This document shows, piece by piece, positions 1-10,807 of a DNA stretch of 64,000 nucleotides. Under the pieces are notes generated by a model that did not search any database, was not told the DNA's origin, and saw nothing but the letters and a program-made list of their open reading frames with translations. The stretch comes from a virus. The position numbers and the translations under genes are program-made. How positions within the stretch are numbered: position 1 is the first letter of the stretch; every line of letters starts with the position of its first letter. The DNA is taken from positions 37,757-101,756 of the IMG/VR virus record IMGVR_UViG_3300002092_001378; one strand, given 5' to 3'.

Positions 1-3000
1 ATACAGTAAAAATTGATGAGCAATGGGCAATTCGTCTAGGTAATTTTGGTGGATACAATCAAAAGAAGGACATCGAAATAAGTCTTGCCGGCGCCAAAAC
101 ATACAACAGCTCTTATATCATTGAACTTATTGAAGCAAATGATACTCGCAGCGAAAGTTGGAATAGCTACAAGCCCAAGGATCTACTGGTAAAGCCAGCT
201 GCATTTGACACTAATATTTTCTCTTCAAATGAAGAATATGCACCAATGATCCCAATGGCTGGGCATGTTGTTAACTCTGAAGTTGACGTTACAATATTTG
301 ATATCAATAAGATTAACAATGCAAGTTCATTGGTAACTGTACTTGGTGAAGGCAGTAGAATATGGGTAGCCAGTGATACTAAAAATAATTGGAAAGTATA
401 TAGAATCACTGCCGATTATAAAATAACAATTATTGGCGCAGTTGTTGTTAATAACGAGATTGAATTTACAACTGATGTGGCACATACACTCAGTAGAAAT
501 GATTTCATAATGATTAAAAGAGGCAGTATTACATCTACTGCATCTGGTAATAAAGATCTAAGTGGATTTTATAGAGTAAATGCTGTTTCAGGAAAGAAAT
601 TTAGAGTTCCTGTATATCCCAATGGAACATCTGCTTCTGGAGCAATGACAGGCGAATTATATGTTCTAAAAACTGTAAGATTCAGTGATAGAAGTAGATT
701 TGCTATTAATCCTCCTGGACGTGGCTGGCAAAATGGCGATAGAGTATGGATTGATGGGCTTGATGGCAATTGGGAAGTATTGGGAAATCAAAGCCCATGG
801 TTAAACAATTATACATTATCCCCTGTATTTGGCACTAATTCACATCTATTTGGTAATGGTATTGACTTAAAAACAACTCAGGACATCATGGTTGTTGGCG
901 CTCCTGGCAAAGACAAAGGCTATGTGTATGTTTATGAGCAGATGGGTGATAACACTTGGTCTGTCGCAAATAGTGTAACTCCCGAGAATAGTTACACAAG
1001 TCAATTTGGATACAGTGTAAAGTACAATGATCTAGATCTAGCAGTTGTGGGTGCCCCTGGCAGTAACAGCGGCGCTGGCTTTGCATACATTATGCAGACA
1101 AGCAGTAGTGCTATTCAAATTAATCAGATTATAAATCCAGCTGGATTAACATCTTCATCTGGATTTGGTACGGCAGTAGCAGCAAGCTCAGACGGTAATT
1201 GGGTTGCTATTTCTGCTCCCGGTACTAATAATGTACTCATTTACAAGTACAAAAAGGTAACTGTTCCAGCAAACAAAAGTTATACATTAACTAAGCTAAT
1301 TTATGGACAACCAACACACACTATTATTCCGGACCTAGTGGGTACTGGGAAAATAGCTGCGGACTTAAGAGTTACTTTAAATCAAGCAATGCTTGTACCA
1401 AATATTGATTACACTGTAGCTGAAGGTGCTTCAGGTACAGAAATAACACTGACATTCCCAAATTGGCAGGCAAATACATTCTATAAAATTGGAGATCAAT
1501 TTTACTATAGTCCTGTAATTTACAATCCAACTGAAACACACATTTGGACTGTTACTGCACCATTTACATCCGGTGCAACTTTTAGTACAACTTGGACTGA
1601 CCCAGTAACCAGCACAACTGCTACGGTAATGACTCAGTCATTGTCAACATTGACAATGACATATGATTCATACTATGAATATAAAACTACTATTACATTA
1701 TCAAATGGTACAACTTCGCCAAAATTTGGATCAAGTTTAAGTTTTGCAACAGATGGCAGTCAGTTAATAGTTGGTTCACCGAATTATAGCCCAACTGCAA
1801 CTGACGTCAATGTTGGTCAAGTAAATGTTTATCAAAGAAGAATTGAAACTTTTATCGCCAACGGTGTATCTAAGGTATTCACATTAGCAACAAGTACAAC
1901 TAATCCAGATGTAATAGTAAATGGAACACTATTAACTACAGGCTATACTTTTGTTTCCAGTACGTTAACTCTCGATACAGTGCCATCTGCTGACTCAATA
2001 GTTACTGTTGCCACAAATGCATTTAACTTAATTGAAACAAAGTCACCCACAGTTGTTCAGTCTTACGGATATTATGGATCTAAAGTTTTGATCTGTCCTA
2101 AGAGTTGCAGTTTATATGTTGGATCGCCTGGATACAACAATGTCAATTATGGCAATGGTGCGGTGTATCGTTATGTAAATGAAGCAAGAACATATGGATC
2201 AATTGTTGGCCAAAATAGTAATCCCACATTAACAATTGGTGACTATCTCAGAATTAATAATGTAAAGGTTGCATTTACCGGTACAACTGTGACACAGTTG
2301 GTAAAGGATATAAACAATGCACTAATACCTGGCATTACTGCTAGTCTATTGCGTGGTAATTTAGTATTGAAGACAGACAGTGAAATTGCCTTTAATAAAA
2401 TTACAGTTGATGCTTCTTCCACTACTGTTCTTGCCACTTTAGGATTAACAATTTTCAAGAGCAGTCAGATTATCACTAGCAATGCTGACCAAGACACTGT
2501 TAATTTCGGTAATCAAATTGCTATTAATAACGACTCAACTAAGTTGTTGATCAGTGCAAATGTTGCAAACAACAGAACTATAATTACATTTGATCAGGGA
2601 AGAACAACATTTGACAGTAGATCAACAAAGGTTCTGTCCATTGCATATAGAAGCGGATGTGCATACTTGTATGAATATATGGGCGATGCAACTGAAACAG
2701 CAGCAACTCCCGGCGCATTTACTTTTGCTCAGACATTTAATAACAGTGTACTGGCAACTAACGATTATTTTGGAACAGGTATTGCCCTAGGTAAAAATTG
2801 GGTTATGGTTTCAAGCTTGAATAGCAAAAATAACAATGCTGGTGCTGTTTACACTTACCTTAATAGTAATGGGTTGGATAACTGGAGAGTTGTCCGCAGT
2901 AAGCCTACCAATATTGATGTTAGAAAACTAGAGCGTCTGTACCTATACAACAACAATACAAAAACTTTGATTACTGATCTACCAATCATTGATCCAGAGC

Positions 3001-6000
3001 ATGGCATGCCTGTGCCCAGTGCGCCTGAACAAATCAGATACATGGTAAACTATGATCCAGCCATCTATAACAATTCACCCAACAACAACACCTTTGCAAA
3101 TGATTCAAGAAATGCATGGGCAGATGAACATGTGGGTGAACTATGGTGGGATACGAATCAGATCAAATATGCAGACTGGAATCAAGGCGACTTATTGAAT
3201 AGATTTAACAATTGGGGTCTTTCTTTCCCCAACAGTTATATCAGTGTTTATGAATGGGTTGAAAGTGATGTAATTCCCAGCCAGTTCGCAACCAGCAAGT
3301 CAACAACAATTCCAGTTTATACAGTAAGCGATGTTTATACTGCAAAAACAAAAATTGATCCATTGACACTACAGGCCGTAACAAAGTATTATTTCTGGGT
3401 TGTTAACAGTAATTCTAATTCTTCAATGAAGCATAGAGATACTGCGGTTGCATTACAGAATTTAATTGTTAACCCACGTAACATAAATCAACCATTTGCT
3501 GCTGTTATTGCTGGCAATGCACTTGCATTATTCAACTGTAAAGACATTGTCAATGAAGATACAGTATTGCATATAAGCGTGAATGATAATTTAACAGTGA
3601 ATCCAGTTCATCGAGAATGGAGTATGTTTGACGATGGCACAGATCTTGGTGTGGCTGAAGAATTCTTAAATCGTATGAATGATAGTATGGCAGGCGAGGA
3701 TGCTCAAGGTCGCACTGTGCCCGACCCTGGTTTGACTGAAAAGGAAAAATACGGACTTGATGTACGCCCAAGACAAACAACTTTTGCTGATAGATTCAAA
3801 GCAAGAGAAATCTGGGTTAATAATGTAAACGCTGCATTTATCAAATATCCAATGTCAATTCTCAGAGATCTGACAGATCTTAATGATTACGATCCATTGC
3901 CAATGGTTGATGGCATTGACATTAAACTACAAGTAGATTATGATACAGATCTACCATACATTAATAAAGCTTTCTATACTCAGGGTGATAAAATTCTCGT
4001 AGTAAATGACTCAACAACCGGTGGATGGTGTATTAGAAAACTATTACCCAACCCAGCTAACACTGTTGAAAATAGCTGGCAAGTTTATCAAATTCAAACA
4101 TATGACCTAAGAAAGTATTGGGAATATGCTGACTGGTATGCTACACAATACAGCAAAGATACTCCTGTAAGTAAAATATTAAATTATGAATATGAGATTG
4201 CAAATAGTAATCCAGAAATTGGTGATGTCATTAAAATTCTAGCTGGTACTGACGGCAAGTGGAAACTTATCCTCGTTCAGGAAAATAGCCTTGAACTAAT
4301 AGGACAACAAAACGCTACTATTCAATTCAGCCGTTCATTGTATAGTAATTTAAATGCTGGTTTTGGTTTCGAGACCATCAGCTGGGAAGTTACTTCTTAT
4401 GCCAAGGACGCTGCAATTGAATTTAGAAAGATCTTTAATACAACAAACAATTATCTACTGACAAACGAGTTGCGCAGTGAATATAAAGCACTTATTGGGA
4501 CTATGATTGATAACATAGCAACTCAGTTCAAGCAGAATGATTGGTTGTTTAAGACCAGTTTGATTAATATCAGACATAATGTTCGCAGCTTGGATCAGAT
4601 TCCAGTTTATACTAAGCAGCCTGAAAATGTTGTCAGTGGCTTCATAAGTGAAGTTAAGCCCTATCATACAAAAATTAAACAATACGTAAGCATATACGAT
4701 AAGACTGATACATCTTTATTGGATGTAGTAGATTTTGACTTGCCTGCTTATTATAATTCTCAGTTGGGCAAGTACAGACAGCCTCAGCTTGGAAATCCAT
4801 TTGATGATGCAGTAATTGATAATGTGATATACAGTCCATGGATTGCAAATCACACTTATAGCATTGATTACATTGATATTGCATCACCTGGATCAGGCTA
4901 TAATAATGAAACTAAAATATTAATAATGGGTGATGGTGTTGGGGCCACTGCAACAGCGTATGTCAGAGGCGGGCAATTATACGATATCATTATTACAAAT
5001 CCAGGTAAAGGTTATACATATGCCAATATTAAAGTTCTGGGTATTGGTAGTGGAGCATCTGCTTATGTGAAGTTGGGTCGTGCAACTGCTCGTATGATCA
5101 GTACTAAGTTAAATTTTGATAGATTTACTTACACTCAACTTACTAAAGATTGGGCAGCAAACACCATATACAGCATTAATGACATAGTATTGCACAATAA
5201 TACAGTTTACAGAATTGCCACTGGTAATAAAGGACGTTCTGGTGATCAAAATGTTGTGTTATCAGTGATGGATGCTGTAGTAAGCTCCAGTGGTACTGGA
5301 TATCAACCAGGCGATAAGCTTTATGTAACAAGTAAAGATGCACAAGCTGAAACAATTAGTTTATATAATGCAAGTCTTGGTACTGTAGCTGATACGACTG
5401 TTTTTGCTAGAGCAGCATTTAATGTCGATGCAATTAAGTTAGCATCAGTAACTATTCAGAATGGTGGATCAAATTATGCAGTTGGTAACACTATTGTATT
5501 TGAGCTGGATAACGACGTCAATGTTGTATTAAGTGTCACTGCTATTAGTGGCGGTGGTGCAATTGGTCCGATTACTGCGGTATCCATTGCAAATGCTGGC
5601 AAGAGAACAGTGGTGCCAGCAGCTAACCCATTAAAATATGACATATTAACACAAGGTGCAGCAGCCAATCAACCCACTGGTTATGGTGCAACATTTAATT
5701 TTGTATGGGGCATTCGAAACGTATCAATCGACAATCCAGGTGCGTTTACATCCAAGACTGTCAATGGTATATCATATACCACAGTACCAAATAATCCAGC
5801 AAGCACCACTACTAATAGCAGTGCTGGTACAAATGCAAAGCTTACATTAACATATGATGTTTCTTCATATATTAGCGGTGATACATTTGATCTTGATTAT
5901 CTGATTGAATACAAAACAAGAGAATGGAAGCCAAATACCAGTTATCTTAAAGACACTATTATTGTTTATAAGAAGAAGCCATATGTTGCACTATGCAACT

Positions 6001-9000
6001 TTACAAGTGGTAGATATTTTGAATGTAATACTGATATTTCGATAACAAATTCGGTTACTTGGGAAGCAAACACATATTTTGTAAAGGGTTCTGTTATTGT
6101 CAATGACAATACTGCTTATCTAGTAGCTGACAACTATACAAGTCCAATCTTGTTTACTAATTTTGTTGCGCAGTCAACTATAGCATGGACTGCAAATACA
6201 TTCTTCACTGAAGGGCAAATCTTAAAGTTTGCTGGCATTTCCTATAAGGTATTAAATGATTACACTTCTGCTGGATCATTTGATACAAATAACTTAGTGG
6301 AGCTTTATGAAAATTATATCATTAACGTATTCCCAATTGCCGAGTACACCGGCGGATATTTTGATGATGCAAGTTCTAGAGTTTGGGGTTATTATCAACC
6401 AGCAGCTGGTATGCCAGGAAAAGATCTTGCTCAGGTCATGACAGGTATTGATTATCCAGGTGTAAACGTACTTGGTGCAACATTTGATCAAGCTCCTGGA
6501 TACGGATTTGGATTATATGAACAAATAAAGTATGATACTAGAACCTACGATGAAAATGGATTACTTGATATCTATGGCAGTCAGTCATTGGATACAGTAC
6601 TGCATAGTCTTTACACTGACACTCAACTTGGTCTACGTCCGGCAGATATTATAAGTGATGGTTCGCAGTTTATTGATGTCTATAACAGTCATGCTCCTGA
6701 AGAATTAATTCCCGGACATATGTTTGATAGCTTAAACATGAGAGTTAAGACTTTGACTGCAACTGTGGTTGAAACTGCTCCTAAAGTATTAGTAGTTTCT
6801 CAATATGCAGACAATGTGACAACTAAGTTTTATTTTGATCCAGCGTTGCTAAGTCCTCCTCAGCCACATACAAACTTGCCAGTTGAAAACATTGAAAATG
6901 TAACAGTATTCAGTGACTTTGAAGGACCAAGAACTCAGGGTGTTGATTACACAGTTAATTGGGAAGCTCGTTATATTGAATTCCTAAATCCTCCAAAAAC
7001 ACCAAGCAGCATCTATATTTCAATATATGGTAACAGTGGTCAGAGAGTTGTTTATAATAACGAATTTATATCTGACGGTATACAGTTAGAATATGTGGCC
7101 GAAGATGTAACTTTAGATGTTGTGCAACAGGCTTATGTAAAAGTCAACAATGTACTTGCAGATAATTGGACTATTGTAAAAAATGATATAGTTGCTGATT
7201 GGCTACCGGTCTTTAGTTACAGCAAGGATGATTATGTACAATACGAAGGGATAACATATAGAGCAACCGAAGATTTCACAACTGATGTTGAGTTTAATTT
7301 AACATATCTTACAGCAGCAAATAAAGTCGTTATTAGATTTGATGAGGCACCAGAGGCAGGAGCAAGAATACAAATTCACTTGTATGATTTCCCAATTACA
7401 CAGAAAGCATACAGTCAAATTATGAATGAGCGTGTAGTAGTGCCAGTGGGTTATTCTGGGTCAGCACTTGGCTATCAGACTGATTTGCCAGAAGATCAAG
7501 GATTTGCGTATCCAAGAGAAGCAAATATGGTAGTCAAACTCAATGGATTAACACTGGAGCCAAGTAATCAAAGTTATTATACTGGTACAGGTATGAAAAC
7601 TTTATTTGCTATGTCAGCTACACGAAACATTGCCAATAAATTACAAGTTGATTTAATTGTTACTGTTGATGGGGTATTAAAATCTCAAAATCTAGACTAC
7701 CTAGTTAATAATAATGGTGTGGCAACTCCAACCATTACATTTACTACACCCCCTCCAATGGGATCAAGAATTATTATAAGTGATAGAAGTACATCAAAGT
7801 ATATTATTAATGATACAAATGTATTAACTATACGTCCAACTGTCGCTTTAAGTCCAGGTGATGTCATTGATATTGTACAGTACAGTAACTATGATCAATA
7901 TCAATTTAATGTACAAGTATTTTCCGGATCATTAACTGATACGGTTAGTGCTGCATTGGGATTTGAAGATATTGGCTTTGATCAAATGGGATTTGATAAT
8001 GAATTAACCAATACCCTAAGTTCAGTAACCTTTACAGTTACTAGACCAGTGACAAATATTTCAAATGTTGAAATTACATTGAATGGTATTGTATTGCAAG
8101 CATATATTGATTACTACTTCGTAACACCAACAGTAGTTCGTTTGGATCCAGGGTTAAGCATTGTTAGTGACTCAATTATTGTTATAAGACAAGTGAGTGA
8201 AGATCATGCTCTACCATCACTGGAATACCGAATCTTTAAGAACATTGCAGAAACTTATGACTACATTGGTATTGGTGCATCTACTACAACAGTATTAACT
8301 AAGGACTTTGCAATTGGTGATGAGTGGATGTATGTTCAAGATACTACGGTATTTGGAAGACCTGATCCATCACTTGCAATCCCAGGTATATTGTTCTTAA
8401 ATGGTGAACGAATCACATATTATTTTGTTGATACAATTAACAAGAGATTAGGCCAATTAAGAAGAGGAACAAATGGAACTGGTGCTGGCGATCTGTACGA
8501 AAAAGGCACAAAAGTATATGATGCAAGTGCTAAAAATGAGATTCCAATGGCTAGAGACACATATACTATAACAAATCCAACTATTAATTGGAAAGCTGAA
8601 ACTAGTATTGTAAAGGACTCATTAATATCACATGATGGTTTGATCTACAGATCTTCTATGAATTTCACACCAAATACAGATTTTGAAACAACAATGACAA
8701 TGTTTTATCAAGTAACATTGTTAAACACAATCAAGTGGACTGCCAACAGATCATTCTCCGCAGGTACTATTATTAGTAACAGTGGAGTATTCTACAAAGT
8801 TCTAAACGATTTTACGTCAGGAGCTAGTTTCAGCAGAACTAATTTGGCTACAGCATTGCCCTGGGTAGCAAATACTGCTTACGTCAAGAATGACCTAATC
8901 AGTTACAATGGTGCAACTTACCAAGCAAAGGCATCGTTTACCAGTAGAAGTGCATTTGAAACTTCAATTGTTGTTCTTACTGAAACTGGCATTGCAACAC

Positions 9001-9158
9001 TACTAATGAATAAACAAGGTACTGTTATATCGTTACCACCCAATAGCCTAGTACGTCAAGGTAAAATTTGGCTAAATCCAGGGTATGCTGGGGTAACTGA
9101 CGGCAATGGATTATTAGCTTCAACTTCTCAACAGGCATTGTTCCTAAAGGCATTATAA
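1..9158 (+). CDS. Giant virion structural protein (baseplate/tail-associated), 5' partial, >3050 aa
   Basis: The frame of ORF 246..9158 is open back to position 3 (TVKIDEQWAIRLGNFGG...), so the gene starts before the window. It has FG-GAP-like propeller repeats (FG.xV...VVGAPG), about 9 W-x-A-N-T-x-Y/F repeats and GSGY/GKGY beta repeats, and lies directly upstream of fibre genes. Confidence 0.8.
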   Translation, partial: TVKIDEQWAIRLGNFGGYNQKKDIEISLAGAKTYNSSYIIELIEANDTRSESWNSYKPKDLLVKPAAFDTNIFSSNEEYAPMIPMAGHVVNSEVDVTIFDINKINNASSLVTVLGEGSRIWVASDTKNNWKVYRITADYKITIIGAVVVNNEIEFTTDVAHTLSRNDFIMIKRGSITSTASGNKDLSGFYRVNAVSGKKFRVPVYPNGTSASGAMTGELYVLKTVRFSDRSRFAINPPGRGWQNGDRVWIDGLDGNWEVLGNQSPWLNNYTLSPVFGTNSHLFGNGIDLKTTQDIMVVGAPGKDKGYVYVYEQMGDNTWSVANSVTPENSYTSQFGYSVKYNDLDLAVVGAPGSNSGAGFAYIMQTSSSAIQINQIINPAGLTSSSGFGTAVAASSDGNWVAISAPGTNNVLIYKYKKVTVPANKSYTLTKLIYGQPTHTIIPDLVGTGKIAADLRVTLNQAMLVPNIDYTVAEGASGTEITLTFPNWQANTFYKIGDQFYYSPVIYNPTETHIWTVTAPFTSGATFSTTWTDPVTSTTATVMTQSLSTLTMTYDSYYEYKTTITLSNGTTSPKFGSSLSFATDGSQLIVGSPNYSPTATDVNVGQVNVYQRRIETFIANGVSKVFTLATSTTNPDVIVNGTLLTTGYTFVSSTLTLDTVPSADSIVTVATNAFNLIETKSPTVVQSYGYYGSKVLICPKSCSLYVGSPGYNNVNYGNGAVYRYVNEARTYGSIVGQNSNPTLTIGDYLRINNVKVAFTGTTVTQLVKDINNALIPGITASLLRGNLVLKTDSEIAFNKITVDASSTTVLATLGLTIFKSSQIITSNADQDTVNFGNQIAINNDSTKLLISANVANNRTIITFDQGRTTFDSRSTKVLSIAYRSGCAYLYEYMGDATETAATPGAFTFAQTFNNSVLATNDYFGTGIALGKNWVMVSSLNSKNNNAGAVYTYLNSNGLDNWRVVRSKPTNIDVRKLERLYLYNNNTKTLITDLPIIDPEHGMPVPSAPEQIRYMVNYDPAIYNNSPNNNTFANDSRNAWADEHVGELWWDTNQIKYADWNQGDLLNRFNNWGLSFPNSYISVYEWVESDVIPSQFATSKSTTIPVYTVSDVYTAKTKIDPLTLQAVTKYYFWVVNSNSNSSMKHRDTAVALQNLIVNPRNINQPFAAVIAGNALALFNCKDIVNEDTVLHISVNDNLTVNPVHREWSMFDDGTDLGVAEEFLNRMNDSMAGEDAQGRTVPDPGLTEKEKYGLDVRPRQTTFADRFKAREIWVNNVNAAFIKYPMSILRDLTDLNDYDPLPMVDGIDIKLQVDYDTDLPYINKAFYTQGDKILVVNDSTTGGWCIRKLLPNPANTVENSWQVYQIQTYDLRKYWEYADWYATQYSKDTPVSKILNYEYEIANSNPEIGDVIKILAGTDGKWKLILVQENSLELIGQQNATIQFSRSLYSNLNAGFGFETISWEVTSYAKDAAIEFRKIFNTTNNYLLTNELRSEYKALIGTMIDNIATQFKQNDWLFKTSLINIRHNVRSLDQIPVYTKQPENVVSGFISEVKPYHTKIKQYVSIYDKTDTSLLDVVDFDLPAYYNSQLGKYRQPQLGNPFDDAVIDNVIYSPWIANHTYSIDYIDIASPGSGYNNETKILIMGDGVGATATAYVRGGQLYDIIITNPGKGYTYANIKVLGIGSGASAYVKLGRATARMISTKLNFDRFTYTQLTKDWAANTIYSINDIVLHNNTVYRIATGNKGRSGDQNVVLSVMDAVVSSSGTGYQPGDKLYVTSKDAQAETISLYNASLGTVADTTVFARAAFNVDAIKLASVTIQNGGSNYAVGNTIVFELDNDVNVVLSVTAISGGGAIGPITAVSIANAGKRTVVPAANPLKYDILTQGAAANQPTGYGATFNFVWGIRNVSIDNPGAFTSKTVNGISYTTVPNNPASTTTNSSAGTNAKLTLTYDVSSYISGDTFDLDYLIEYKTREWKPNTSYLKDTIIVYKKKPYVALCNFTSGRYFECNTDISITNSVTWEANTYFVKGSVIVNDNTAYLVADNYTSPILFTNFVAQSTIAWTANTFFTEGQILKFAGISYKVLNDYTSAGSFDTNNLVELYENYIINVFPIAEYTGGYFDDASSRVWGYYQPAAGMPGKDLAQVMTGIDYPGVNVLGATFDQAPGYGFGLYEQIKYDTRTYDENGLLDIYGSQSLDTVLHSLYTDTQLGLRPADIISDGSQFIDVYNSHAPEELIPGHMFDSLNMRVKTLTATVVETAPKVLVVSQYADNVTTKFYFDPALLSPPQPHTNLPVENIENVTVFSDFEGPRTQGVDYTVNWEARYIEFLNPPKTPSSIYISIYGNSGQRVVYNNEFISDGIQLEYVAEDVTLDVVQQAYVKVNNVLADNWTIVKNDIVADWLPVFSYSKDDYVQYEGITYRATEDFTTDVEFNLTYLTAANKVVIRFDEAPEAGARIQIHLYDFPITQKAYSQIMNERVVVPVGYSGSALGYQTDLPEDQGFAYPREANMVVKLNGLTLEPSNQSYYTGTGMKTLFAMSATRNIANKLQVDLIVTVDGVLKSQNLDYLVNNNGVATPTITFTTPPPMGSRIIISDRSTSKYIINDTNVLTIRPTVALSPGDVIDIVQYSNYDQYQFNVQVFSGSLTDTVSAALGFEDIGFDQMGFDNELTNTLSSVTFTVTRPVTNISNVEITLNGIVLQAYIDYYFVTPTVVRLDPGLSIVSDSIIVIRQVSEDHALPSLEYRIFKNIAETYDYIGIGASTTTVLTKDFAIGDEWMYVQDTTVFGRPDPSLAIPGILFLNGERITYYFVDTINKRLGQLRRGTNGTGAGDLYEKGTKVYDASAKNEIPMARDTYTITNPTINWKAETSIVKDSLISHDGLIYRSSMNFTPNTDFETTMTMFYQVTLLNTIKWTANRSFSAGTIISNSGVFYKVLNDFTSGASFSRTNLATALPWVANTAYVKNDLISYNGATYQAKASFTSRSAFETSIVVLTETGIATLLMNKQGTVISLPPNSLVRQGKIWLNPGYAGVTDGNGLLASTSQQALFLKAL

Positions 9159-9835
9159 TGACAAACAATAAACCCGAGGTTTCTGTTAGAATAAATAAAG
9201 AACAGCAAGAGAAACAAAAAATGTCTAAACCAGATGAAACCAGTGGTATACGAATTGAGGGTCACATTAAAATATGGGATCCTAGTAGTGGCGAAATTAT
9301 TGTTAATAAACGTAATGCTATTCATTATGAAAACTTCAGCCAAGCTCTTGCTCACAGTGTGGGTAATCAACAAGAGGGTTGGATTGCAGAAATGGCATTT
9401 GGAAATGGTGGTACCAGTGTTGACCCCACTGGTGTTATAACCTATTTGCCAACAAATACTTCAGGCAGTAATGCTGCATTGTACAATCAAACATATTATA
9501 AGGTTGTTGATGCAAATAGTATCTATAATACTGATCCCACTAGAAACTTAATTCAAGTAAGACACGTTCCCGGAACAGTATACACTGATGTGCTTGTGAG
9601 TTGTTTGCTTGATTACGGTGAGCCCAGTGACCAACAGGCATTTGACAATAGCACTAGCATGGCTGATGTTTATGTCTTTGATGAGCTAGGTTTGAAAGCT
9701 TATAATGTCAATGGTATTAACACTGGCAATTTATTAACTCATGTTATTTTTCATCCAGTGCAGAAGTCATTAAACAGACTTATTCAAATTGATTATACGG
9801 TTCGAATTCAGACACTAACTACATTAACATCATAA
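9158..9835 (+). CDS. Phage structural protein (baseplate/fibre attachment-like)
   Basis: 225 aa, coupled by a TAATG overlap to the giant gene. Motifs MAFGNGG, FDELGL and LTHVIFHPVQKSLNR resemble jumbo-phage baseplate-region proteins as I recall them. Confidence 0.6.
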   Translation: MTNNKPEVSVRINKEQQEKQKMSKPDETSGIRIEGHIKIWDPSSGEIIVNKRNAIHYENFSQALAHSVGNQQEGWIAEMAFGNGGTSVDPTGVITYLPTNTSGSNAALYNQTYYKVVDANSIYNTDPTRNLIQVRHVPGTVYTDVLVSCLLDYGEPSDQQAFDNSTSMADVYVFDELGLKAYNVNGINTGNLLTHVIFHPVQKSLNRLIQIDYTVRIQTLTTLTS

Positions 9836-9849
9836 GGTTGTATCATTAG

Positions 9850-10779
9850 ATGCCATACTATATTAATCACACAAACGGAACAAGTCTTGTCACAGTAGAA
9901 GATGGTACTGTAGACAATACGACTACGAGTATTAATCTTGTTGGCAAGAGTTTTCCAACTTATGGTCAATTGTTTAATCAGAATTTTGTCAATCTATTGG
10001 AAAATTTTTCCAATACCAGTGCTCCTGATACCCCACTAATTGGACAAATTTGGTACGATAGTGCTAACAAAAACTTAAGTTTTTATAGAGAAGGATCGAC
10101 AGACAGTTATTGGCAAAAGGTTGCCATGACTCATGAAGGCACAACAGCGCCCAGTGATCCTCGCTTGGGTGATTTGTGGTGGGACACTAATAATGCTCAG
10201 TTAAAAATATATGACTCAAGTCAGACACCAAATTGGCGTGTTATTGGCCCGCAGACTACTAACAATGGTCAGTTAAACGTAACAAGTGCCACTGGCTTGG
10301 TAATTCAAGTAAGTGGCAATAACTCGTTGCAAATTGATGCATCCAGTGCAGTTATTTTAAATTACAATCCATGTTTTTATGGCTATGGACATACTAGTGG
10401 TGCAACTTCAATAATTGGAAGTGGTATCACAACATATAATGCATGGATGCCAAGACCATTGAGTACTACTATTGACAAGGGTACAAATTGGGATGCAGTG
10501 CATTCATGGTTTAATGTTAATACAACAGGTGTTTACCGCGTAACTTCAAGTATTACAACTTTGGGTGGTGGAAATATTAATCTAAAATGGCAAGTTTCTG
10601 GTTCTGATCAGAATATTTCGTCTACTAACAATCATACAAGTTCAGAAGTTCATCATTTGACATGCTCGGGGTTAATTAGAGCAAGCAGTGGTACTTACAT
10701 TCAATTACTTTGGAGTGCTGATTCTGTTGCAAGTGTGAGCACGTCCAATGCTACCTACAGTATAGAATTTGTTGGCTAA
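9850..10779 (+). CDS. Tail fibre paralog 1 (shared N-terminal module, C1q-like beta C-terminus)
   Basis: N-terminus LVGK..YG..NQNFVNLLENF..P..GQIWYD is shared with three other genes in the window. C-terminus F.V..TGVY.V resembles a C1q/TNF-like head. Confidence 0.7.
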   Translation: MPYYINHTNGTSLVTVEDGTVDNTTTSINLVGKSFPTYGQLFNQNFVNLLENFSNTSAPDTPLIGQIWYDSANKNLSFYREGSTDSYWQKVAMTHEGTTAPSDPRLGDLWWDTNNAQLKIYDSSQTPNWRVIGPQTTNNGQLNVTSATGLVIQVSGNNSLQIDASSAVILNYNPCFYGYGHTSGATSIIGSGITTYNAWMPRPLSTTIDKGTNWDAVHSWFNVNTTGVYRVTSSITTLGGGNINLKWQVSGSDQNISSTNNHTSSEVHHLTCSGLIRASSGTYIQLLWSADSVASVSTSNATYSIEFVG

Positions 10780-10785
10780 AGCCAA

Positions 10786-10791
10786 TAAATA
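10786..10791 (+). promoter_or_regulatory. TAAATA late-promoter-like motif
   Basis: Lies in the short intergenic gap before 10808. The same hexamer recurs upstream of many genes and matches the core of the T4-type late promoter TATAAATA. Confidence 0.6.
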
Positions 10792-10807
10792 ACTGAGGGA
10801 AAGATAC

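Noticed and set aside
9838-9852. TAG immediately before ATG 9850 as a second read-through case
   Set aside because: Paralogous fibres all start M-x-Y at the equivalent position, so ATG 9850 is the natural start.
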